From: Parcubacteria group bacterium
GTDB taxonomy: Bacteria; Patescibacteriota; Minisyncoccia; UBA6257; Colwellbacteraceae
Assembly: GCA_041649415.1 (NCBI GenBank)
Contig: JBAZND010000003.1
Span: 7,617 to 31,616, forward strand
DNA: 24,000 bases
Direction of reading: 5' to 3'
How positions within the stretch are numbered: the first letter of the stretch is position 1; every line of letters begins with the position of its first letter. Under the pieces are notes generated by a model that searched no databases, had not been told where the DNA came from, and saw only the letters and a list, made by a program, of their open reading frames with translations. Both the position numbers and the translations under genes were made by a program. Positions 8,642 through 15,709 of this stretch are shown here, piece by piece.

Positions 8642-9187
8642 ATGGCAATCAATATCACATATTTCGTTCACGGAACGACAACCGATAACCAGAAAGAAGT
8701 CTCTTCCGGCTGGTCTGATGTCGAACTTTCTGAAAAAGGAATACAGCAATCCGAAGCTCTAAGAGACCAAACCAAGGACAAAAGGTTTGATATAGTTTTC
8801 TGCTCCGACCTTAAAAGAGCAGTTCAATCAGCTAATATCACTTGGGAGGGGATTTATCCCATAATCCAAGATAAAAGACTCCGCGAGTGCAACTACGGAG
8901 ATTATAACGGTAAGTCATCAGAAATCGTTGAACCTCTTCAAGAGAAGATGATTACAGAAAGATTCCCGAACGGCGAAAGCTACGAAGATGTTAAAGCAAA
9001 GATTGCCGACTTTTTGGAATTTTTGAAACAAAATTACGACGGAAAATCCATTGCTCTCGTAGCCCATAAAGCGCCCCAACTAGCATTAGACACATTACTT
9101 AAAGAAAAAACTTGGGAACAAGCTTTTGCCGAAGATTGGAGAAAGACTAAATCTTGGCAGCCTGGATGGGAATATATTTTGAAATAA
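8642..9187 (+). CDS. Histidine phosphatase superfamily (phosphoglycerate mutase-like) protein with a variant active-site motif
   Basis: YFVHGTTTDN aligns with the RHG motif region but lacks the Arg. FCSDLKRAVQSA and the distal VAHKAP His are family-like. Length is 181 aa. Confidence 0.6.
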   Translation: MAINITYFVHGTTTDNQKEVSSGWSDVELSEKGIQQSEALRDQTKDKRFDIVFCSDLKRAVQSANITWEGIYPIIQDKRLRECNYGDYNGKSSEIVEPLQEKMITERFPNGESYEDVKAKIADFLEFLKQNYDGKSIALVAHKAPQLALDTLLKEKTWEQAFAEDWRKTKSWQPGWEYILK

Positions 9188-9191
9188 ATCT

Positions 9192-9653
9192 ATGACCGAT
9201 AAAGACTTTCTAAAACTAGCTATTGAGCAAGCAAAGAACTCTGTTTCTCAAGGAGGTTTTCCCGCGGGAGCTGTGGTTGTAAAAGGTGGAGAAGTTATTT
9301 CTGAAGGAGTCAGCCTCGGCTTCAAGTTAAACGACTTAACCAGTCATGCTGAGATAACCGCCGTAAGGAAAGCATGCGAAAAACTACAGACAACAGATTT
9401 AACGGGAGCTACTCTTTATGCCTCTCTAACACCATGCTTAATGTGCTTTAGCGCTGCTAACTGGGCGAGTATCTCAAGAATAGTCTTTGGTTGCAGAAAG
9501 ACAGACGAGATGGTTAGTAAGGGATATTATGAAGGCGTTACCGATATCACAAAAATTAATCAGGAGAATAGCAAAAAAATAGAACTAGTTTATCTTCCTG
9601 ATTTTGAAGAAGAGATTTTGAGAGTAATAACTGAATGGGAAAAGAATCGGTAG
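9192..9653 (+). CDS. CMP/dCMP-type zinc deaminase (nucleoside/guanine deaminase or TadA-like)
   Basis: HAEITAV (catalytic Glu and zinc ligand) and PCLMC (zinc ligands). Length is 153 aa. Confidence 0.8.
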   Translation: MTDKDFLKLAIEQAKNSVSQGGFPAGAVVVKGGEVISEGVSLGFKLNDLTSHAEITAVRKACEKLQTTDLTGATLYASLTPCLMCFSAANWASISRIVFGCRKTDEMVSKGYYEGVTDITKINQENSKKIELVYLPDFEEEILRVITEWEKNR

Positions 9654-9674
9654 TAATTATAGAAATAAATATTT

Positions 9675-10181
9675 ATGAAACTAATCAAATTAATAAATCC
9701 AGAAAATGTATCTGAGGAAGAAGTAAAGAATTATGAGACACGCGAAGCGGGACGCGCTGTTGTTTTTGACGAAGACGACAAAATAGCACTTCTTTATGTA
9801 CGCCAAGAAGATTATTACAAGCTCCCAGGGGGCGGGATAGAAGACGGAGAAGATGTAAGGGAAGCTCTTAATAGAGAGTGCCTTGAAGAGGCGGGCTGTA
9901 ATATTGATATCACAAATGAATTAGGTTCTATCGTTGAATACAGAAAATCAATGAACCTCAAACAAATTTCTTATTGTTTTATGGCAAAAGTTAAAGGCTC
10001 CAAAGGGGCTCCAAATTTTACCGATGAGGAAGAACAGAGGGGCTTTGAATTGGTCTGGCTATCTTATAAAGAAGCATTGAACGCTTTCGAAAACAGCAAG
10101 ACAACTTTTGATGAAGGAAAATTATATATAATCCCACGAGATAGGGCATTTATAGAAGCGGTAGTCCCTTTCGTTAAATAA
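9675..10181 (+). CDS. NUDIX hydrolase
   Basis: The NUDIX box GGGIEDGEDVREALNRECLEEAGC fits GX5EX7REUXEEXGU. Confidence 0.85.
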   Translation: MKLIKLINPENVSEEEVKNYETREAGRAVVFDEDDKIALLYVRQEDYYKLPGGGIEDGEDVREALNRECLEEAGCNIDITNELGSIVEYRKSMNLKQISYCFMAKVKGSKGAPNFTDEEEQRGFELVWLSYKEALNAFENSKTTFDEGKLYIIPRDRAFIEAVVPFVK

Positions 10182-10192
10182 AATTTTTAATT

Positions 10193-10303
10193 ACACAATA
10201 TCTCTCCCACAAATCATTCATATAACCACTATCTGAAAGGATGGTTATAATATTATTAAGGGATGCGAGCACGTAGGGTAAAATTGCACTATAGGGCGAT
10301 TTT
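10193..10303 (+). promoter_or_regulatory. Conserved intergenic element, copy A (hairpin, then TATAAT, then terminator-like hairpin)
   Basis: 39 of 53 nt are identical in an ungapped alignment of 10193-10245 with 16962-17014, and similarity continues after the TATAAT. Hairpin CTATC-TGAAAG-GATGG lies at 10229-10244 and TATAAT at 10246-10251. Hairpin AAAATTGC/GCGATTTT lies at 10280-10303. Confidence 0.5.
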
Positions 10304-10472
10304 ATCCACCAATTTTTACCATTTCGTAAAAGCTCCTCATATTCGCTAGAATATAGAGGACTTAAAGAAGCTCTTATTAGGCTTAAGCGTAAAGATATAT
10401 CAAATTAACAGGGAAAAGTCCGAGAAAATTAACTCGGACATAGTTTATATTATTTTTTTTATCTATCAAGCT

Positions 10473-10844
10473 ATGATAACTATTAAAACTATTAAAATTG
10501 AAGACATCTGGCAAAAAGATGAAAGAGTTGAAAAATGGAGAAAACTTTTAATTCCCATGATTCAATATGATGTAGAAAAAGCGGATGTAAAATATGATAG
10601 TCAGGATTTAGAACACCAGGTCTTATTCAGACTACTTACGGACGAAAAAATTACAATCCAAAATGCTTTCTATGAACAGAAAGAAATCGTTGTTGAGCGA
10701 ATGAAAATAGCCAAGATCTCCCCAGAAAAGTTGTTTTGTTGGGGAGATGATAGAGAACAAGAAAGTTGGAGAATGGAGTGGGGAAAAGATAAAGAAGAAT
10801 TATTTGCTGTTAGAGGTAAAGAAATTAAAGAAATTATTTTTTAG
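10473..10844 (+). CDS. Hypothetical protein (123 aa), no recognisable motif
   Basis: An ORF in an AT-rich region with a charged, Lys/Glu-rich composition. No recognisable SD or family motif. Support is ORF length and its non-overlapping position only. Confidence 0.4.
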   Translation: MITIKTIKIEDIWQKDERVEKWRKLLIPMIQYDVEKADVKYDSQDLEHQVLFRLLTDEKITIQNAFYEQKEIVVERMKIAKISPEKLFCWGDDREQESWRMEWGKDKEELFAVRGKEIKEIIF

Positions 10845-10947
10845 AGAAATAACATTAAGAAAAGAAAAGGAGATTTGTAAAAATATTATAAAGAATTATC
10901 ACTATATTCATTTATAGAGAAAAATAAATTATTTTATATTGAAAAAG

Positions 10948-11460
10948 ATGATTGAGAAAGAGTTTAAATTCAAAATAGACAATGTGAAAGAGCTGTTTAA
11001 AAAAATAGACGGTGTTAGACCAGAGATCTTTTATTGCAAAGACGAAATATTTGGTAAGGGGCTGGGGTATGAAAAAGAGAAGATCAGAAAAAGGACGATC
11101 ATCTCGCAGAAGGGAACGAAGATAAATTATGAAGGCACTAAATTATTAAAAGTAAAGAATGTTAATCGCGTCAGAGAAAATACATTATCTAAAATCCCCG
11201 TAGGATTCGCCTTGGAGTGTTCCTATGATAAAGTGAGATTTTTATTTAAAAGGGAAAAATATGAAATTACCATAGATATTTATGCTTTCGGTATTTTCTG
11301 CGAGATAGAGGGTGAAGAAAAAACGATAAAAAGAATCGCTAAAAAACTTGGATTCAAAATAGAGGATAATATCCAAACCAACATAGACTCTCTTTATTGT
11401 GAGTGGGCAAAGAAAAATAAAAGGAAAGAACTCTACCACTGGGGATTTGGTAGATTGTAA
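10948..11460 (+). CDS. CYTH-domain protein (triphosphate tunnel metalloenzyme / class IV adenylyl cyclase-like)
   Basis: N-terminal ExExK signature (IEKEFKFKI), IRKRTI, and the C-terminal acidic strand FCEIEGEE. I chose the ATG at 10948 because TATATT at 10935-10940 lies 7 nt upstream. The track uses the TTG at 10939. Confidence 0.6.
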   Translation: MIEKEFKFKIDNVKELFKKIDGVRPEIFYCKDEIFGKGLGYEKEKIRKRTIISQKGTKINYEGTKLLKVKNVNRVRENTLSKIPVGFALECSYDKVRFLFKREKYEITIDIYAFGIFCEIEGEEKTIKRIAKKLGFKIEDNIQTNIDSLYCEWAKKNKRKELYHWGFGRL

Positions 11461-11636
11461 GAATTTTGCATGGTAACGATAGATAAAAATTATGATATGA
11501 GATTTTTTAAAAGCAAATATTCCTTACCTTACAAAATTATTTTAGTTGCGCCATCCTATGACTTATCATCCGGCGAAAAAATATAATGATTACTTCCTTC
11601 GTCCATAATCCAGGTTCGAATTTCCTTGAGTGTGGC

Positions 11637-11687
11637 GAGCCAACTAGAGCTAGCTCAAGATTAGCTGCTTTTGAAGCAAAAACACCT
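11637..11687. repeat. Imperfect direct repeat R1, copy a
   Basis: GAGCCAACTAGAGCTAGCTCAAGATTAGCTGCTTTTGAAGCAAAAACACCT matches 14582-14631 at about 46 of 51 positions by hand alignment, and the first 22 nt are identical. Weaker similarity, including a shared ATCCGGC, extends about 100 nt upstream of both copies. Confidence 0.7.
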
Positions 11688-11820
11688 CTGCAAGATTCAT
11701 CCCTCAAATTAAAGATGATCCAAAAAGGAATAAGGGCAGGCGCTTGAACCAATTCTGAGGCGTTGCGAAGAATTGAGTGAGAGGTGGTTCCCCTTTAGGG
11801 CTGCCAACCTAAAGAATTAG

Positions 11821-11853
11821 TATAAGAAGCCATCAATTGAAGGGCTTCTTATA
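11821..11853 (-). terminator. Hairpin downstream of the minus-strand cassette (possible terminator)
   Basis: TATAAGAAGCC / GGCTTCTTATA 11-bp stem with an 11-nt loop, about 95 nt downstream of the HIT-like stop. The minus-strand trailing sequence is only moderately T-rich (ctaattcttt). Confidence 0.4.
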
Positions 11854-11948
11854 GTTGTAGGGCAACTACCTTTTAAAAATAATTTCTCCCTATCTTTTGT
11901 TCTGCCAAGGCGGAGAGTTTTTATCTGGCTTTTGGGGTACCTGCCAAA

Positions 11949-12599
11949 TTATTTATTCAACTTCAGTTTCTTGAATGTTTCAATTGTTTTTTTAATATCT
12001 GAATAACGATTACTCTTGGAGTCTCTCCATTCATAAGAATTATCATAACCAGCCTGCTGGGCAACAAGTTTTATAAAGCATGATCGGGGAGCATCTTTAA
12101 TAGAATGAGACATATAATAGTGTTTATTCTCAGATCTATACATCCAATAATCTTTGTGCTTCATGTTATGTAAAGAAACTATAGTAGATTGTAATCCCAG
12201 CTCTAATTCATCAAACAACTTTTCTAAATTATCACGGGAAATATTTATAGGAATAATATGTAGGTGTGCATGAGTAATACTGAGTGGATGCCTTCCTTTC
12301 GGTAAGGAACCATGTTCAAAAAATATTGGGTAAGTTCCTATAATTTTATGATATTCATCGCAAATTCTATCTAATAAACCTTCTAGCCTAAATAGATTGC
12401 AAGAATCTAATTCTGCAAACCCATTGATATGTTGTTTTGAGACAACCATTAAATAATTAGGAATGGACATCCCTAATGCTGGTTTAATTAGTACCAAATC
12501 ATTTTCGTAAAGAACTGTATTTTCTGGTTTAGAGCAAAGTTCTTTATCGATTTGATTTACTAAAGAGCAAAACACACAATCTTTCAAAAAGTTCATCAA
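11949..12599 (-). CDS. HIT-superfamily protein with a C-terminal extension (nucleotide hydrolase/transferase-like)
   Basis: CVFCSL near the N-terminus and the histidine triad THAHLHIIP. About 90 aa of extra C-terminal sequence is present. The start overlaps the upstream NUDIX stop by 4 nt. Confidence 0.7.
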   Translation of the reverse strand: MMNFLKDCVFCSLVNQIDKELCSKPENTVLYENDLVLIKPALGMSIPNYLMVVSKQHINGFAELDSCNLFRLEGLLDRICDEYHKIIGTYPIFFEHGSLPKGRHPLSITHAHLHIIPINISRDNLEKLFDELELGLQSTIVSLHNMKHKDYWMYRSENKHYYMSHSIKDAPRSCFIKLVAQQAGYDNSYEWRDSKSNRYSDIKKTIETFKKLKLNK

Positions 12600-13084
12600 T
12601 CCTTTTTGATTATGTGTGTTAAAGTGCCTAATTTGTTGTTCGCCATCAAATCCTTAACAGTGAATGGTCTAAGATCTATTTCTTTCAATTCATCAATAGA
12701 AACCCATTTGATAAATAAGTGTTTTTCTTCACCACGATCGATTTCTATAACTTCTCTGTTAACTGTTTCAATGTCTTCTTCTGGTTCGATAATGTAGTAG
12801 TATTCTACACCATGCTGAACAATTCCTTTTTTCTCATAGAAATTCTCTTGAATACAAAATAGAGTTGCGTTTTTAACAGTGTAATCTAATTCTTCCTTGA
12901 TTTCTCTGGCAACAGCACTAAGAGAATCCTCACCTATTTCAATATGTCCACCTGGAATGTGATAATATGGTGCATTATCCACATTCATAATTAGGAATTT
13001 GTCATTGCGTTTGATAATTCCTACGACTCGATTGTAATAATTATAATCCTCAGTTTTAAATTTAATCTCTTGTTTCATCTTCAA
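12596..13084 (-). CDS. NUDIX hydrolase
   Basis: NUDIX box GGHIEIGEDSLSAVAREIKEELDY. It overlaps both neighbouring genes, which suggests translational coupling. Confidence 0.8.
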   Translation of the reverse strand: MKMKQEIKFKTEDYNYYNRVVGIIKRNDKFLIMNVDNAPYYHIPGGHIEIGEDSLSAVAREIKEELDYTVKNATLFCIQENFYEKKGIVQHGVEYYYIIEPEEDIETVNREVIEIDRGEEKHLFIKWVSIDELKEIDLRPFTVKDLMANNKLGTLTHIIKKD

Positions 13085-13748
13085 TATTTCCTTTTAAAAT
13101 ATTTTCAATTTGTCTTATGTCCATAAAATTATTGGTTGTATCATAAACAATGCTTGCTTTTGCTCCGTTGTTCAGTACGCTATATAAATTCATATGTCGT
13201 AAAATATCAACGCCATACTTTATCCTATTAGAACCAAGTTTTTCCCGTTCCACGAACCTTTCAATAAGAACCGATTCTTCACCCGTTAACATTATAGACA
13301 ATGTTGAATCTTTCCAAATATCTGTTAGTGGTAGTAAAGCATGATTCAATACAATTAAGTCAGGTTTATCAAAAGGACTCCACTTGATTATTTTGCTGTA
13401 TTTAGATATGAAATCTTCATAATCTAAGTCCCTAAAATCGTTTAAAATTTTAAGAATTGTTCTATTCATGTATTCCATTATAACTTTGTACCATTCTATA
13501 TATTCATCAAGAGTTATAATCTTGTCATAAATAACACATCTCAGAAAGTACGTTCTCAAATCTTCATCTTCCTTAATTGGCTCATTGTGAGTAAACTTAA
13601 ACACATTATTTTCGATATCTTCTTCAAAAAACATTGTTCTTAAATACTCTAAGTCCAAAGAAAGACCATTACGCAAAGAAGCAAAGGAATTACACAGTGT
13701 TGTTTTGCCACAACAAGGCAAACCCGCAATACTAATAATTTTTGTCAT
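13062..13748 (-). CDS. P-loop NTPase, putative nucleoside/nucleotide kinase
   Basis: Walker A motif GLPCCGKTT lies 8 aa from the chosen start (MTKIISIAG). AAGGGA lies 5 nt upstream of the ATG at 13748. The track start at 13778 has no RBS. Confidence 0.6.
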   Translation of the reverse strand: MTKIISIAGLPCCGKTTLCNSFASLRNGLSLDLEYLRTMFFEEDIENNVFKFTHNEPIKEDEDLRTYFLRCVIYDKIITLDEYIEWYKVIMEYMNRTILKILNDFRDLDYEDFISKYSKIIKWSPFDKPDLIVLNHALLPLTDIWKDSTLSIMLTGEESVLIERFVEREKLGSNRIKYGVDILRHMNLYSVLNNGAKASIVYDTTNNFMDIRQIENILKGNIEDETRD

Positions 13749-13832
13749 AGAGTCCCTTCTTAATGGATGGTTATTCATTTTACAAGCTATTGTCAGATTG
13801 TTTGAAAAATTATTTAAGGACTATTTTTATGA

Positions 13833-13867
13833 TTTTAAAAAATGTGGGAAGTGGTTACTCACTTCCC
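13833..13867 (-). terminator. Intrinsic terminator or attenuator between the NDK-like and P-loop genes
   Basis: On the minus strand, GGGAAGTG-AGTAAC-CACTTCCC forms an 8-bp stem overlapping the NDK-like stop codon. It is followed by ACATTTTTT. Confidence 0.55.
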
Positions 13868-14377
13868 ATGGTTCCAATCTTGCTTGAGAAGAACAATGAT
13901 AGGTAATGGAACACCAATTCCTTCTTCTCGACATAGAGCCAAAATAGTCGCTGCTCCTTCCGCGTCATCAGGAGTATGCAATCTATTTTCAGCTAGTTTG
14001 TCTTGAAGTGATAGGCCTTTGTAGCCCATCAGGATCAGTTCATCCTTCAAGTGATAGCAAAACCTCTTCCTGATTCCACCCGTATCCATTCTTCCTTTGA
14101 GCTGTCGTAGAACCTCCCAAATATCTGTATTTGTGAGATTCTTGACTACGATAACCATTGAAAGCCCAAATGTGATGGCCTTAACTCTCGAAGAATAAGT
14201 TGGCCCTGCCACTTCCTTTGGATAAATGATATGGGCGACTTCCGGCCTTATTTGCCAGTATTCTTTCCATACTATTTCTAAGCCCCCTTCCTCAAGACAT
14301 CTGATGATGTCATTTTCCAAACCATCCCTGATAGAGTCTGGTTTAAGAATTACTAGTCCATATCGCATTTTTAGCAC
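13859..14377 (-). CDS. Nucleoside diphosphate kinase-like protein
   Basis: GLVILKPD, GIRKRF and NRLHTPDDAEGA align with the NDK motifs LIKPD, GTIRGDF and NxIHGSDSxESA, so the catalytic His is retained. An insertion of about 20 aa precedes the His motif. Confidence 0.6.
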   Translation of the reverse strand: MLKMRYGLVILKPDSIRDGLENDIIRCLEEGGLEIVWKEYWQIRPEVAHIIYPKEVAGPTYSSRVKAITFGLSMVIVVKNLTNTDIWEVLRQLKGRMDTGGIRKRFCYHLKDELILMGYKGLSLQDKLAENRLHTPDDAEGAATILALCREEGIGVPLPIIVLLKQDWNHGK

Positions 14378-14581
14378 CCCCTATGCAAATATCTCGGAGT
14401 GCCCCACACTCCTTTACATCTTTTCATTTTTTAATACAACTTACTTGCTCATAACATAAAATCAAGATAAGGTCAAAGATTAAGGAAAAATAACAGAGTT
14501 AGCCACCATTTATCCCAAATCCGGCACATAGATATACCCCTCTTTTTCTTGTATTATTGTTCTAACGTTGTTTGCAACTCT

Positions 14582-14631
14582 GAGCCAACTAGAGCTAGCT
14601 CAAAATTAGCTATTTTTAATCAAAAACACCT
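14582..14631. repeat. Imperfect direct repeat R1, copy b
   Basis: GAGCCAACTAGAGCTAGCTCAAAATTAGCTATTTTTAATCAAAAACACCT, in the same orientation as 11637-11687. Confidence 0.7.
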
Positions 14632-14721
14632 ATTAGTTAAAGGGGGTTTTGTAGTAAATAAGGACAAACCAAGTATGAACACTACTAAAGAACAGGAACG
14701 AGCGGAACTACATCAAGCCAT

Positions 14722-14750
14722 TTGACAAACACCTAAGAAAGTGCTATTCT
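14722..14750 (+). promoter_or_regulatory. Sigma-70-like promoter upstream of the GC-rich gene
   Basis: TTGACA at 14722-14727, a 17-nt spacer, then TATTCT at 14745-14750. Confidence 0.4.
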
Positions 14751-14806
14751 TAGCTCCGTAAACTTAACAACAAAACAACGCAAACCTCTATTCCCAAAGG
14801 GAATAG

Positions 14807-15436
14807 ATGGCACTGACTAACAGTCAGAGAAAGGAATTCCTTATGAAGTACTCAGAGTTAACCTTAGGCACCGTGGAAGCGGTAGTAAACAAACTCGGTG
14901 GCATGGAGGGGGTACAAGCGTTTCTCCGCGATGAACTCGTTCTGACCAAGAAAACAGGACAGACCTTTCCCCTGCGGCACACCATCAAGCTCGGCACCGA
15001 AGAGACAACCGACGCCTTGAAGGAATCCCTGAAGAAAGCCGGTTGCGATGTCTCCGACTGGGCAAACGACATCATGAACCAGCCCACCTTCACGCTGAGC
15101 AAAAGCGAGAATGAACTGGATCTCGTGGTTTTCTCCCTCGCCGACCTTGGCTTCATCGGAGCCCGCTACAAGAATATCTGTGAGAAGGCCAAAGAGCTGG
15201 GCTTGCAGCTATGTCCTCTCGAAGTCGGACCCCAACTCCGACTGCAGTACGCCGACCAGCCGAAAGGCGAATGGCTCATTATCGCCATGGAGCCGATTGC
15301 CGTTTCGGGTGGCGATCTCGGGGTGTTCGGCGTCGGACGGGGCGACGACGGCGAGCAGTGGCTCAACGGTCACTACGGTCATCCCGGCAGCTTCTGGCGC
15401 AGCAACTACCGCTTCGTGTTTGTGCGTAGCAAGTAG
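14807..15436 (+). CDS. Hypothetical protein encoded by a GC-rich gene, unknown function
   Basis: A 209-aa ORF. Two hand-counted 60-nt lines gave 53% and 58% GC, against about 30-40% in lines from the neighbouring cassette. An 8-bp hairpin (14788-14806) abuts the ATG at 14807. The ATG at 14843, preceded by AAAGGA, is therefore an alternative start. Confidence 0.55.
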   Translation: MALTNSQRKEFLMKYSELTLGTVEAVVNKLGGMEGVQAFLRDELVLTKKTGQTFPLRHTIKLGTEETTDALKESLKKAGCDVSDWANDIMNQPTFTLSKSENELDLVVFSLADLGFIGARYKNICEKAKELGLQLCPLEVGPQLRLQYADQPKGEWLIIAMEPIAVSGGDLGVFGVGRGDDGEQWLNGHYGHPGSFWRSNYRFVFVRSK

Positions 15437-15489
15437 CTTTGACCTTTGCTCTGTGACCCTTGGATCTCTTGGATTCTTAGTCCTTTCAG

Positions 15490-15522
15490 CCCCCTGTCTG
15501 CTTCGACGGACCGGGGGTTTTT
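15490..15522 (+). terminator. Probable rho-independent terminator
   Basis: A CCCCCTGTC ... GACGGACCGGGGG imperfect stem followed by TTTTT, about 55 nt after the stop at 15436. Confidence 0.5.
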
Positions 15523-15709
15523 CGTATCAATTCTTTGAAATACAAATTTAATTAGAGCGAAAGTAGGTGAATTTACGGAAGATTACGGTTTTTTGCCACC
15601 GAACCCAGTATCCATAGGTGCTCAAAGACCGTCGGAATGGTAAGATAAAAAAATCGAAAATATCCTTACAGAGCTTTACCGATTTTGGTTCTGGCTCAAA
15701 GACGCGAGC

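Noticed and set aside
11600-11690. A possible tRNA, tmRNA or tRNA fragment. CCAGGTTCGAATTTCC resembles a T-arm, and ...GCGAGCCA follows just at the edge of repeat R1a. A short frame ending ...SQLELAQ(D/N)-stop is present in both repeat copies.
   Set aside because: I could not fold a cloverleaf. The T-stem does not pair, there is no acceptor partner or D-arm with GG, and the distance from the TTCGA motif to the putative tag is far too short for tmRNA. The peptide does not resemble known ssrA tags. At most this is a decayed att-like remnant, which I cannot demonstrate.
11537-11752. A 71-aa minus-strand ORF lying across repeat R1a.
   Set aside because: It has no RBS and lies in an otherwise non-coding spacer. 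The homologous frame in the second repeat copy is interrupted by a stop codon, so the conservation is at nucleotide level and not protein level.
14824-15551. Four additional ORFs overlapping the GC-rich gene in other frames and strands: 14824-15156 (-), 15111-15551 (+), 15166-15366 (-) and 15211-15429 (+).
   Set aside because: Their low-complexity, Arg/Ser/Pro/Ala-rich translations are typical of stop-codon-poor GC-rich DNA. The 14807-15436 frame has the only globular-looking sequence, with promoter and terminator signals.
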